Counted from the stretch's first letter, positions 9,833-19,791 are shown. The stretch is 64,000 nucleotides of DNA from Gemmatimonadales bacterium (GCA_037189525.1 JBBCJC010000003.1:544001-608000), one strand, 5' to 3'. Notes: generated by a model not told the origin, from the letters alone. Numbers and translations: made by a program.

Positions 9833-11944
9833 CTACGGCGTCCAGCCTGCGCGTAGTCCGGCGTACATTCTCCGACCGTAGATGCCGACCCAGTTGGTCG
9901 GGCGCTGGTCGAGCACGTTGTCGACGCCGAGCACGATGCCCAGTCGCTCGGTGAGATCGACACGTCCCTGTACGTCCCCCGATACGAACGTGCCCTGCTC
10001 AGCGCGCGCGCCATCGAGCTGGCGGAAGGGCGCCGTTCCGGTAATGGCCACCGTCGCCGCCAATCCCATCCGATTGTTCGGGGTGTTCCACGCTCCGCGC
10101 ACCCGGCCGCTGTGTCGGGCCCGGCGGGTCAGCGGTTCGCCGGTCGATCGATCTTCCGTGTCGAGGAAGTTGTAGCCGATGGTGAGGTCGGTGGTGCGCC
10201 GGGTCCAGCGCAGGCCGAGTTCCACGCCCTGGGTGATCGCCCGGGACACGTTGCGCGCCGAGTAGCGGATCAGTCCGCTCGGAGCATCGAACCCGAAGTC
10301 CGCGAGTTCGATCAGATCGCGCAGATTGTTGTGATAGGCCTCGGCGTCGAGGGAGACTCCGCCGCCCACTGCCCAGGTAACGCCCCCGGACACCTGCCAG
10401 GATCGCTCGGGTCTGAGGTCCGGGTTGCCGCTCAGGATGTATCCCGCCGTCGGATTCGGAAAATCCCAGAGCAGTTCCTTGAAGCTCGGACCGCGGTACC
10501 CTCGGCCCACGCCCCCGCGAATCCGGAGCCGATCCGATGCGGTCCATGCCGCGGCCAGGTTTGGCGTGACGGCTTCACCCCACCGTGAGTTCCAGCTGAG
10601 CCGCGCGGCGGGCGTGATGAGCAGGTCGCCCTTGGTGATCCCCATCTGGAGATAGCCCTCTGCCATGTCGTCGGAGACGATGCCGGCCACCTTGCCGGGC
10701 GATTCGATGGCCCGATGGCTCAGGTCCAGGCCGGCATCCCAGGTCTGCCCGCCAAGCAGGCCAGACCATCCCAGCGAGGCCTTGGCCATCCACTCAGACT
10801 GCGACGGCGTAGTGTCGATTGCCAGCGGGCGCGGCGCGCGGGCCTGGCGGAAGAGATGCTCGTACCGTTCGAGGTACAGACGGGAACGGGCGGTGCTCTG
10901 GCCCCGCTGCCAACGGAGCTCGGCCCATCCGGCTGCGCCGGTATTGTCGTTGAAGCCGTTGAAGCCGTCAGAGGAGACGCGCCAGCGCTGCCGCTCTCGC
11001 AGCACATTGACGTCGGTCCTGATGGCCAGGGTCGGGGTGGCGGCAATCCGCCCGGTCGCGCGCATATCCCACACCCGGCTCAGCGCCTCGTCGGACCACG
11101 AGGAGCTGGCGACTCGGGCCTGCTCACGCCAGGCGCCGGTGATTCGGAAGCTGACCGGCCCGCCGGCCTGAGCCGTAAGCTGTGCATCCCGTCGGCCCAT
11201 GCTGCCCACGTGGACGCGGCCGTCGAGCGCGAGCGGTCCGTCGGGATCACGCGTGATGATGTTGACGACCCCGCCCAGCGCGTCCGAGCCGTACAGGGAG
11301 GACATCGGTCCTTTGACCACTTCGATGTGGTCGGCCGCCACCGTCGAGATCCGGCTCAGGTCCCGGTTCTCGAGCATGGCTCCGACCGTCGGCTCGCCGT
11401 CGATCAGCACCAGTACGCGCGCGCCGTCGATGCCGCGGATCGCCAGGTTCGCACCGGTCGGGGCATTGGGGAGGATGGCCAGCCCCGGCACCGTCGCGAT
11501 GACCTGATCGAGGGATGCGGCGGCGGCGCCTTCGATCTCGGCAGCCGCAATGCGGGTGACCGCAATGGCCGACTCGCCGGCCCGTTGCGCCCGCCGGCTC
11601 GCGGTCACCACCAGGTCTGCCAGCATGGTAGGCGCGCCGGTCAGACCGATACGAAGCACGGTGTCGCCCGGGGTCACCACATGGAACCCGGCCCGATAGC
11701 CGCCGGCACGCACCACCAGGGTGTCTCCCGGCGCCGCCGCGATGGTGAACCGGCCGTCGCCGCCCGACTCGGTGCGATGGCTCCCGGGACGAATGGCGAC
11801 CCGGACGCCGGCCAGCGCGCTGCCGGACTCGGCGTCGACCACGATGCCGCGAACCTGGCGGAGCGGGGGCCCCTGTTGCGCCGCCACTCCGGCCGGGAGC
11901 AGCGCGATCAGAAGACCCAGACCGAGTCGATCGATGCGATTCAT
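9833..11944 (-). CDS. TonB-dependent receptor with N-terminal carboxypeptidase-regulatory-like domain
   Basis: ATG 11944 overlaps upstream stop (ATGA); signal peptide; plug motif IEVVKGPMSSLYGSDALGGVVNIIT; GNPDLRPE. Confidence 0.93.
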   Translation of the reverse strand: MNRIDRLGLGLLIALLPAGVAAQQGPPLRQVRGIVVDAESGSALAGVRVAIRPGSHRTESGGDGRFTIAAAPGDTLVVRAGGYRAGFHVVTPGDTVLRIGLTGAPTMLADLVVTASRRAQRAGESAIAVTRIAAAEIEGAAAASLDQVIATVPGLAILPNAPTGANLAIRGIDGARVLVLIDGEPTVGAMLENRDLSRISTVAADHIEVVKGPMSSLYGSDALGGVVNIITRDPDGPLALDGRVHVGSMGRRDAQLTAQAGGPVSFRITGAWREQARVASSSWSDEALSRVWDMRATGRIAATPTLAIRTDVNVLRERQRWRVSSDGFNGFNDNTGAAGWAELRWQRGQSTARSRLYLERYEHLFRQARAPRPLAIDTTPSQSEWMAKASLGWSGLLGGQTWDAGLDLSHRAIESPGKVAGIVSDDMAEGYLQMGITKGDLLITPAARLSWNSRWGEAVTPNLAAAWTASDRLRIRGGVGRGYRGPSFKELLWDFPNPTAGYILSGNPDLRPERSWQVSGGVTWAVGGGVSLDAEAYHNNLRDLIELADFGFDAPSGLIRYSARNVSRAITQGVELGLRWTRRTTDLTIGYNFLDTEDRSTGEPLTRRARHSGRVRGAWNTPNNRMGLAATVAITGTAPFRQLDGARAEQGTFVSGDVQGRVDLTERLGIVLGVDNVLDQRPTNWVGIYGRRMYAGLRAGWTP

Positions 11945-13038
11945 TGAATCTGGGCGTACCGCAAGGTGATGTGACCGCTCGCGCCGGTGGCGCTGTAATA
12001 ATTGATCAGTTGGATCTTGTAGACGTCGTTGCCGGCCTTCACCAGGTAGACGTTGAAGGTCGGAGAGAGCCGGTTGTCGCCCGTGAGATTGTAGAGGAAG
12101 GGGCCTTTCTTGTCGGCCAGTGTCGCGCTGAACGGCACGACGCCGCTCCGCCCGGCCAGAAAGGCGCCGTACTCGGCGGCGTCCGCCGCGGTGGTCATGC
12201 CATCGAACGACTGAGACCCGTCGACCGGAAACGTGCCGGCTCCGCAGGCAACGTTGGGCACGATTGCGAAGCTTTCGGTATCGAACCGGATGTCCCAGCC
12301 GCAGCCCGTGGCCGCGCCGGTAGCGCCCGTGCCGAAATCGAGGGCGACGCTGCCGGCTTCGACCTGGAGGACCGCCGTTTGCTTCGCACCCAGCGTCCCG
12401 TTGGGCGCCTGCGTGCGCCATTCGACCGTGGCGGACGTCAGGGTGGCATTCTGCTGACTGCTGCCGCCGCTCGTGCTCTGAATCACCCGGAAGACGGCGT
12501 GGCCGCCGTTGCTGCTTCGCTTGAGCTTCCACGACATGGTGGCGTTCGCAACCGGGCCCTGCGGACCGAAGCTGAGCCAGGCGAGCGGATTGGCCTCGAT
12601 CCGTTCCGACACGAACGACGCGGCCGGCGGAATGTTGCTCGTTCCGATCGCGTCGAAGGCAGCCTTCTGGTTTTCGGCGGTAAAGCCGAGGATCTGCTCG
12701 TTGGTGGCGTTCTCGTTGTTGGCGAGATTGAAACCGGTGAGTCCCTTCGGCCCCGAAATGCCGCCGTTGAGGCGTACTTCGTAGCGCCGTACGGCCAGAT
12801 CCCAGGCCGACGAGGTGCTCGGATTGGTCACCTGGACCGTCTGTCCCGACGCGAGATCGAAGTACACGAAGTTGGCGTTGGATGACGCATCGAGGGTCAC
12901 CGTTCCGGAGGGCAACTGGGGGTCGTCGGGACCGGTCGTATCGCTTTCACACCCGGTGAGTACCGCGCCGGCGACCGCGAGTGCGGCCACGCCGCGAATG
13001 CGGGAAGCCAGGCACGGAAGGAACGATGAGATTTGCAT
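11941..13038 (-). CDS. HmuY-family lipoprotein, probably two HmuY-like repeats
   Basis: Lipobox LTG-C; YFDLASG...WDLAVRRYEVRLNGG; second WDIRF motif; C-terminal YKIQLINYY...GHITLRY; coupled to the TonB receptor. Confidence 0.8.
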   Translation of the reverse strand: MQISSFLPCLASRIRGVAALAVAGAVLTGCESDTTGPDDPQLPSGTVTLDASSNANFVYFDLASGQTVQVTNPSTSSAWDLAVRRYEVRLNGGISGPKGLTGFNLANNENATNEQILGFTAENQKAAFDAIGTSNIPPAASFVSERIEANPLAWLSFGPQGPVANATMSWKLKRSSNGGHAVFRVIQSTSGGSSQQNATLTSATVEWRTQAPNGTLGAKQTAVLQVEAGSVALDFGTGATGAATGCGWDIRFDTESFAIVPNVACGAGTFPVDGSQSFDGMTTAADAAEYGAFLAGRSGVVPFSATLADKKGPFLYNLTGDNRLSPTFNVYLVKAGNDVYKIQLINYYSATGASGHITLRYAQIQ

Positions 13039-13176
13039 CGAAAACACCGTTGGAAAAGGTCAGGCGGACCGCAGCCGGTCCGAAACCGGGAACCTATCGG
13101 GGACACCCCGCGAAAAGGTACCGAACTACTACGGTACCGGGGTTGCTTCTGACGGCGGTCCGAATCACGTTCCCGG

Positions 13177-13926
13177 ATGACCAATACCGAAAATCCGGCG
13201 GCGCAGCGATCGGCCGACGAACAACGCTTTCTTGCCGCTCCCGGCTCGCGACTCGCCGAGTTCTTCCGTGTCCTCAGGATCGCGGCGGAGTTCGTCCGCG
13301 GCTTTCGCGCCCTGCATTTCGTCGGGCCGTGTGTCACCGTCTTCGGATCGGCCCGGTTTCCCGAGGACCATCCCTACTATGAACTGAGCCGGAAAGTCGG
13401 CGAGCGGATTGCCGGCCTGGGCCTCACGACCATGACGGGCGGCGGCCCCGGGGTGATGGAAGCGGCCAATCGGGGCGCGCGGGAAGCGGGCGGCCGATCG
13501 ATCGGCTGCAACATCTGGCTGCCCAAGGAGCAGCACCACAATCCGTACGTCGACCGGGTCGTCACCTTCCGGTATTTCTTCGTTCGCAAGGTGATGCTGG
13601 TCAAGTACAGCTACGCCTTCGTGGTGCTGCCGGGCGGCTTCGGCACGCTCGACGAACTGTTCGAAGCGCTGACCCTGGTGCAGACCCAGAAGATCACCGC
13701 CTTTCCGATCGTGCTGATGGGGGTGGACTACTGGACCAAAATGTTCGATTTCATGCGCGAGACGCTCGTTGCGCAGGGCACCATCGACGAGTCCGATCTC
13801 CGTCTCTTTCGGCTCACCGACTCGCTCGATGACATGGTCGAAGAACTGGAGCGATCGATGGCCGTCAACGCTCCGGGGTGGTCGCAGTCGCCTCGGCCGA
13901 AGCCGATTCTGGGCGAACGTACCTGA
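13177..13926 (+). CDS. LOG family (TIGR00730-type) nucleotide phosphoribohydrolase
   Basis: VFGSAR, TGGGPGVMEAANRG, FFVRKVML, PGGFGTLDE. Confidence 0.92.
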   Translation: MTNTENPAAQRSADEQRFLAAPGSRLAEFFRVLRIAAEFVRGFRALHFVGPCVTVFGSARFPEDHPYYELSRKVGERIAGLGLTTMTGGGPGVMEAANRGAREAGGRSIGCNIWLPKEQHHNPYVDRVVTFRYFFVRKVMLVKYSYAFVVLPGGFGTLDELFEALTLVQTQKITAFPIVLMGVDYWTKMFDFMRETLVAQGTIDESDLRLFRLTDSLDDMVEELERSMAVNAPGWSQSPRPKPILGERT

Positions 13927-13944
13927 TTGGGAGCCGGACCTGCC

Positions 13945-14757
13945 ATGCCGCCACGCCTCGAACCCCTCGCGCCCGGTCGGGCGCCGGACCTGACCGACAA
14001 GGAGGCCCGGGCCGCCGCCGGGACACCCAAGGGCAAGGAAGCCGATGCGTTGCTCGACCCACTGCGCCACCGGATGGAGGTGCTGCAGCACGCGCTGGGT
14101 GCGGAGGATCGGCGCGCGGTGCTGGTGGTGCTCCAGGGGCGCGATGCCTCAGGGAAAGACGGCACCGTCAAGAAGGTCTTCGGCGATCTGAACCCAGCCT
14201 ACTGCCGGGTCAGTACCTTCAAACGTCCCACGCCGCTCGAACTGCGCCACGATTTTCTCTGGCGGGTCCATCAACAGACTCCGCCCGCCGGAGTGATCGG
14301 CGTGTTCAACCGGTCTCACTACGAAGACGTACTCGCGGTTCGGGTGCACGAGTTGGCGCCGGAAGCTCTCTGGCGCGCGCGCTACCGGCACATCAACGAT
14401 TTCGAACGGATGCTGGTCGACCACGGGGTCACGATCCTCAAGTTTTTTCTGCACATCTCGAAAGGTGAGCAGCGGGAGCGGCTCGAGGAACGGCTGGACG
14501 ACCCGACCAAGAACTGGAAATTCGACGTGGGTGATCTGGCGGAGCGAGACCGCTGGGACGCCTATACCGCGGCTTACCGCGACATGTTCGTCGAAACGGG
14601 GACGGCGCACGCGCCGTGGTATCTGGTCCCGGCCGATCAGAAGTCGGTGCGGGATCTGCTGATTGCCGAGGTCGTGGTGGATGCGCTGGAACGGCTCGAC
14701 CCCCGCTATCCCGCGGCGGATCCGGCCGTGCTGGCTTTCAGGGGAAAGATCCGCTGA
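13945..14757 (+). CDS. ppk2: Polyphosphate kinase 2 family, class III-like
   Basis: QGRDASGKDG Walker A, FNRSHYEDVL, KFFLHISK, NWKF. Confidence 0.92.
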   Translation: MPPRLEPLAPGRAPDLTDKEARAAAGTPKGKEADALLDPLRHRMEVLQHALGAEDRRAVLVVLQGRDASGKDGTVKKVFGDLNPAYCRVSTFKRPTPLELRHDFLWRVHQQTPPAGVIGVFNRSHYEDVLAVRVHELAPEALWRARYRHINDFERMLVDHGVTILKFFLHISKGEQRERLEERLDDPTKNWKFDVGDLAERDRWDAYTAAYRDMFVETGTAHAPWYLVPADQKSVRDLLIAEVVVDALERLDPRYPAADPAVLAFRGKIR

Positions 14758-14766
14758 TCCGGCGGG

Positions 14767-15225
14767 TCAGAACGTGCCGCCCGGTCCCGCAATCAGATAG
14801 GCGAGCCGGTCGCCGTTCATGTAGAACGGGAACTTGGTTGCAAAGGCGTTGACGAATTTGGCGGTGAGCTTGGCGTCGCTCGACGACACCGCTATCGACA
14901 CCAGGGGAAAATTGCCCGCCGGGACGTGATCGTAGTCGAGCACGTAATAGGTGCGGTCGAAGGAGGTGTTGAGCCCGCCGGGGAGATACTGCGCCAGTCC
15001 CTGCGGAATCTGGCCGGCGCCGGCCTCGGGAGGCCAGCCGTCGTGGTCCGCGTAGTAGTTCAACGCCGCCACGGTGACCGAGCGGAAGTCGGCTGTCAGG
15101 GAGGCTACCCGCGCGGTCGACCGCAGGTCGATGTATTTGAGCATCCCCAGCGTGGCCAGCATGCTGACGATCAGGGTGACCATGATCATCTCGACCAGGG
15201 TAAACCCACGCCGGTTGCTGCGCAT
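14767..15225 (-). CDS. Type IV pilin / pseudopilin-like protein
   Basis: Class III signal RRG|FTLVEM with E5, hydrophobic helix, NYYADHDGWP. Confidence 0.88.
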   Translation of the reverse strand: MRSNRRGFTLVEMIMVTLIVSMLATLGMLKYIDLRSTARVASLTADFRSVTVAALNYYADHDGWPPEAGAGQIPQGLAQYLPGGLNTSFDRTYYVLDYDHVPAGNFPLVSIAVSSSDAKLTAKFVNAFATKFPFYMNGDRLAYLIAGPGGTF

Positions 15226-15716
15226 CACTGCCGCCTCTGCAGCGCATGGATCGCGCTGGCGGCAATCGACTCGATCGGGCTCGAGGGCCGGAGCCGGATC
15301 AGCGAATCGCCGCTCGGCAGGCTCACTTCGAAATCATGCGCACCAAGCTTTGTGAAACCGATCGCCTGGTTGGTGACACCCGCTTCGTCGAGCGTCGCCG
15401 GCAGACGGCCGGTCCGTGCCTCGTAGTTCCGGATCCGTCCGACCGCATCCACCAGCGTCAGTTCGGCCGATGCGGTGCGAATGGCAGGAGTCTCCACTGG
15501 CAAGCCCGGGCCTACCAGCCATGCGGGCCGGAGGGCAAGCAGGGTTCCTCCCGCAATGAGGAGAGCTGCCAGGGCCACGCGCAGCGCGGTCTGACCCTGA
15601 CGCGTTCCGCGCCGCGCCTGGTCGGCGGCTTTGGTCCGCTGGTCGGCCACCGCGGCCTGGGCCGCCTGGTACAGCGCACTCTTGCTGTGTGTCTGATTCG
15701 ACGTGTTGCGCCCCAT
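15225..15716 (-). CDS. Membrane-anchored hypothetical protein with pilin/GspG-like segment
   Basis: One TM helix; RIRNYEARTGRLPATLDEAG; TGATG overlap with the pilin gene. Confidence 0.7.
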   Translation of the reverse strand: MGRNTSNQTHSKSALYQAAQAAVADQRTKAADQARRGTRQGQTALRVALAALLIAGGTLLALRPAWLVGPGLPVETPAIRTASAELTLVDAVGRIRNYEARTGRLPATLDEAGVTNQAIGFTKLGAHDFEVSLPSGDSLIRLRPSSPIESIAASAIHALQRRQ

Positions 15717-15952
15717 GCTCTCAGCCCCTTTCCGGAGGCCCCACCCCCAACTTAATCGGACGATCCGATTGACCGGACGATTTTTCCGCCGGATTCGCCA
15801 GGCGGAGGTGGTCGAGGCCGTTTCGGAAGCCGGTCGCCTGCTGGTATACTAAGCTTTGACGTGGCAACGTTCTAGACACCATGCAAGACGACGCGGCTGG
15901 AGGCCCGATGAGCCCCCCTCCGAACGGCTTGCCGGCTTTCATATCGAGTTTC

Positions 15953-17212
15953 ATGCCATCCTTGGACCTGATCGCCGTTCCTGGCGACAAGAGCATCACC
16001 CACCGGGCTCTGATGCTGGCCGCCCTGGCGCGGGGAACCAGCCGGATTACCCGCCCATTGACCTCCCTCGACGCCCGCTCGACCGCCCGGGTGCTTCGCC
16101 AACTCGGCGCCACGATTGGATCCCTGCGCAGCGAGGGAACCGTGCTGGTGACCGGCCGGGGTCGCTTTCGCGAGCCGGTAGCTACGCTCCATTGCGGCAA
16201 CTCCGGCACCACCGCCCGGCTGATGCTCGGGCTGCTGGCGCCCCATCGGTTTGCCAGCCGCCTGACCGGCGATGCCAGCCTGCGTCGTCGTCCGATGCGG
16301 CGGCTCACCGAGCCACTCGGCGCCATGGGTGCGCGTTTCGAGCCTCTCTTGGCCGACCGGCTGCCGCTCGTGATCCGCGGCGGCAAGCTCGAGAGCATCC
16401 GCTGGGAATTGCCGGTTTCGAGCGCGCAGCTCAAGAGCGCTTTGCTCCTGGCCGGCATCGTCGGCGATGTGCCGGTGTCCGTCAAAGAGCCGCACGGCAA
16501 GGCGCGCGATCACACCGAGCGGATGCTGCGAGGGCTGGGCTTCACGGTTCGGGAGCGTGGCGGCTGGGTCGGCCTCGAGGGCGGGGGGCCGATCGCGCCC
16601 TTCGAGATCGCGGTGCCCGGCGATCCGAGCTCGGCGGCCTTTCTGGTCGGGGCCGGGTTGCTGGGCAGCCGCCAGGTGCGGATCGGCCCGGTCGGCCTCA
16701 ACCCGACTCGGACGGCTTTTCTCGATGTGCTGTCCCGGATGGGCGCTGCGGTCGACGCGGAGGTGTCCGGGACCGAACTGGGCGAACCGGTCGGCACCAT
16801 CGAGGTCGGGCCCGGAACGCTCAAGGCTACGGTGGTTCCCGCCGGGGAGATTCCGGCGCTGATTGATGAGGTGCCGCTGCTCGCGGTCATGGCCGCGCGC
16901 GCCGAGGGGACCACGCGGTTCGATGAAGTCGGCGAACTCCGGGTCAAGGAGAGCGATCGGCTGGCGCTCATCGCGGAGAATCTGGTCCGGTTGGGCTACC
17001 GGGCAGCGGGTGAGGGCAACACGCTGATCGTGGAGGGGAGTGATCATCCGCCGCGCGGCCGCGTGCGCACCGACGGCGACCACCGCATTGCAATGGCGTT
17101 TGCCGTGCTGGGCACGGTGCCGGGCGCGCGCATCGTGGTCGATGATCCCGACTGTGCCGCCGTCAGCTTTCCGGGGTTCGACGCCGCGCTCCGCCAGGTG
17201 CGGGGCCGCTGA
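15953..17212 (+). CDS. aroA: 3-phosphoshikimate 1-carboxyvinyltransferase
   Basis: PGDKSITHR, CGNSGTTARL, SAQLKSA, RDHTERML, RVKESDR, DHRIAMAF; start may be 15881. Confidence 0.96.
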   Translation: MPSLDLIAVPGDKSITHRALMLAALARGTSRITRPLTSLDARSTARVLRQLGATIGSLRSEGTVLVTGRGRFREPVATLHCGNSGTTARLMLGLLAPHRFASRLTGDASLRRRPMRRLTEPLGAMGARFEPLLADRLPLVIRGGKLESIRWELPVSSAQLKSALLLAGIVGDVPVSVKEPHGKARDHTERMLRGLGFTVRERGGWVGLEGGGPIAPFEIAVPGDPSSAAFLVGAGLLGSRQVRIGPVGLNPTRTAFLDVLSRMGAAVDAEVSGTELGEPVGTIEVGPGTLKATVVPAGEIPALIDEVPLLAVMAARAEGTTRFDEVGELRVKESDRLALIAENLVRLGYRAAGEGNTLIVEGSDHPPRGRVRTDGDHRIAMAFAVLGTVPGARIVVDDPDCAAVSFPGFDAALRQVRGR

Positions 17213-17886
17213 TGACGGTGCGCGTCATTGCGATCGATGGTCCCGCTGCGTCGGGGAAGTCGTCGACGGCGTCGGCCGTGGCCCGTCGAATCGGGGCCTA
17301 CCATCTCGACTCCGGCGCGCTCTATCGCGGCCTCACGGCGGTGGCGCTCGATGCCGGAACCGACGACCCGGCCGAGGTCATTGCCGCCGCCGAGCAGCGC
17401 GGTCTGGCGCTGGTGCGCGACGGGATCGAGATCGTGCCGGTCCTGGATGGCCGGGCTGCCGAGCCGGTGATCCGTTCGGCCGCCGTCACGGGGCATGTCT
17501 CCGCGATTGCTGCGCTCGGACCGCTTCGCGACTGGGTCAATCACCGCCTCCGGGCGGTGGCCGATGGCGGGCACCTGCTGGTGCTGGACGGGCGTGATAT
17601 CGGCACCGCCGTCTTTCCCGAGGCCCCGCTCAAGTTCTTTCTCACCGCCACACCGGAGGCCAGAGCCCGCCGGCGCCTGCGGCAGCGGGGGGCAGCCCCC
17701 GACGGCCCGGCCCTCCGGCAAGAAGCCGAGGCGCTGGCGGCCCGGGATGCCTTCGACTCGGAGCGAGCCGTGGCACCACTTCGCCAGGCGGATGACGCCG
17801 TGCTGCTCGATACCACCAATCTCTCCTTCGACGACCAGGTCGCCCGGATCGTGGCGGCCGCCAGGGCGGTTCTGCACCAGTCCTGA
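17212..17886 (+). CDS. cmk: Cytidylate kinase
   Basis: IAIDGPAASGKS, LDSGALYR, DGRDIGT. Confidence 0.96.
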   Translation: MTVRVIAIDGPAASGKSSTASAVARRIGAYHLDSGALYRGLTAVALDAGTDDPAEVIAAAEQRGLALVRDGIEIVPVLDGRAAEPVIRSAAVTGHVSAIAALGPLRDWVNHRLRAVADGGHLLVLDGRDIGTAVFPEAPLKFFLTATPEARARRRLRQRGAAPDGPALRQEAEALAARDAFDSERAVAPLRQADDAVLLDTTNLSFDDQVARIVAAARAVLHQS

Positions 17887-17905
17887 GCCCTCCCGGGCCT
17901 CCGCC

Positions 17906-17934
17906 TTGTTTGGCGGCCGGCCGGCCAATATCTT
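17906..17934 (+). promoter_or_regulatory. Putative sigma70 promoter for rpsA
   Basis: TTGTTT-N17-TATCTT. Confidence 0.5.
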
Positions 17935-18019
17935 TCCTTGCTGGCCTGGATCGCGTCGATCCTGGCGTCTTTCACTTCAACCCCGGGTGAGTTCGTCCCG
18001 GGTGCTCAGGAGGATCTCC

Positions 18020-19729
18020 ATGTCCAAACCCCGCAAGTCAGGGGCTGCCCAGTTCTCGACCGCGACGGGCCTTCGCGTCCGCACGGATTTGTACGACGAG
18101 AACTATTCGGATGCCGATTACGAAAGCATGCTCTCGTTGTACGAGGGCACCATGGCCCAGATCGTCGAGGGCGAGATCGTCAAGTCGAAGGTCCTCCGGA
18201 TCACCGACAACGCGGTCATCCTCGATGTCGGGTTCAAGTCCGAAGGCTCCGTACCGCTCGACGAGTTCAAGGAGCGGCCGCAAGAGGGTGAAGAGGTCGA
18301 GGTTTTCCTGGAGCACCTGGAGGATCAGGAGGGCGCGGTCGTGCTCTCCAAGAAGAAGGCCGACTTCATGCGGGTCTGGGAAAAGATCCGCGTGGCCCAC
18401 GAGAACGACGAGCCGGTGCAGGGCACCTTGATGAAGAAGATCAAGGGCGGCGTGGTCGTGAACGTGATGGGCGTCGACGCCTTCCTCCCGGGGTCGCAGA
18501 TTGCGCTCCGCCGGGTGCCCAACATCGACGAGCTGCTGGGACAGAACTTCGAGTTCAAGATCATCAAGCTCAACAAGCGCCGCCGGAACATCGTGGTGTC
18601 GCGCCGCGTGATCCTCGAGAACGAGCGGGCCAGCAAGCGCGAGCACCTGATGAAGGAGCTCCAGCCGCAGCAGGTGCGCAAGGGCGTGGTCAAGAACATC
18701 ACGGACTTCGGCGCGTTCATCGATCTCGGTGGCGTCGACGGCCTGCTCCACATCACCGACATGTCGTACGGCCGGGTGTCGCACCCGACCGAGCTGGTCC
18801 AGATCGGCTCCGAGGTCGAGGTCAAGATCCTGGACATCGACTGGCAGCGTGAGCGGATCTCGCTGGGCATGAAGCAGCTCCAGCCGTATCCGTGGAAGGA
18901 CATCGCCGAGAAGTACCCGGTCGGTACGCGGGTGCAGGGCAAGGTGGTCTCGATCACCAACTACGGCGCCTTCGTCGAGCTCGAGGCGGGCATCGAAGGT
19001 CTGGTGCACATCTCCGAGATGAGCTGGACCCGCAACGTCCGGCATCCGTCGAAGATCGTCTCCATCGGCGAGACTATCGAGGCGGTGGTGCTCAAGGTCG
19101 ACGAGACCGAAGAGAAGATCTCGCTCGGTATGAAGCAGACCGAGCAGGACCCGTGGATGATCCTGCCGCAGCGGTACCCGGTGGGCACCCGGATCCAGGG
19201 CAAGGTGCGCAACCTGACCAGCTTCGGCGCCTTCGTCGAGATCGAACCGGGGATCGATGGCCTGATCCACATCTCCGACATGTCGTGGACCAAGCGGGTG
19301 CAGCATCCGTCGGAAGTCGTCAAGAAGGGCGACGGCGTCGACGTGGTGGTGCTCAACATCGATGCGGAGAACAAGCGGATCTCGCTCGGACTCAAGCAGG
19401 CCGAAGAAGATCCCTGGCTCAAGATCGGCGAGAGCCTCCCGGTCGGGTCGGAAATCCGCGGTCGGATCGTGCGGATGATGGACAAGGGCGTCGTGGTCGA
19501 CCTGGGTAACGACCTCGAGGGCTTTGCGCCGATGTCGCAGCTGGGCTTCGAGAACGTCCAGAACCCGGCCGACGTCGTGACCGAGGGCCAGGTGGCCGAT
19601 GTCGAGGTCATCGAGGTCGATCCGATCCATCACCGGATCGTGGTCGTGGTCAAGACGTATCCGGACGACGAGACCGGCGCGCCGCCCAAGCAGGATCCGC
19701 TGCCGCCGATTACCGACACGATCGAGTAA
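18020..19729 (+). CDS. rpsA: 30S ribosomal protein S1
   Basis: AGGAGG before ATG 18020; repeated S1 domains (FGAFIDLGGVDGLLHITD, GIEGLVHISEMSW). Confidence 0.97.
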   Translation: MSKPRKSGAAQFSTATGLRVRTDLYDENYSDADYESMLSLYEGTMAQIVEGEIVKSKVLRITDNAVILDVGFKSEGSVPLDEFKERPQEGEEVEVFLEHLEDQEGAVVLSKKKADFMRVWEKIRVAHENDEPVQGTLMKKIKGGVVVNVMGVDAFLPGSQIALRRVPNIDELLGQNFEFKIIKLNKRRRNIVVSRRVILENERASKREHLMKELQPQQVRKGVVKNITDFGAFIDLGGVDGLLHITDMSYGRVSHPTELVQIGSEVEVKILDIDWQRERISLGMKQLQPYPWKDIAEKYPVGTRVQGKVVSITNYGAFVELEAGIEGLVHISEMSWTRNVRHPSKIVSIGETIEAVVLKVDETEEKISLGMKQTEQDPWMILPQRYPVGTRIQGKVRNLTSFGAFVEIEPGIDGLIHISDMSWTKRVQHPSEVVKKGDGVDVVVLNIDAENKRISLGLKQAEEDPWLKIGESLPVGSEIRGRIVRMMDKGVVVDLGNDLEGFAPMSQLGFENVQNPADVVTEGQVADVEVIEVDPIHHRIVVVVKTYPDDETGAPPKQDPLPPITDTIE

Positions 19730-19752
19730 TCACGCGACGCTGACGCAGTTGG

Positions 19753-19791
19753 ACGTGGCGGACTCCTTCCGGGGTCCGCCACGTTGCGTTT
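19753..19791 (+). terminator. Probable intrinsic terminator after rpsA
   Basis: ACGTGGCGGACTCC-TTCC-GGGGTCCGCCACGT, 14 bp stem with weak T tail TGCGTTT. Confidence 0.65.
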
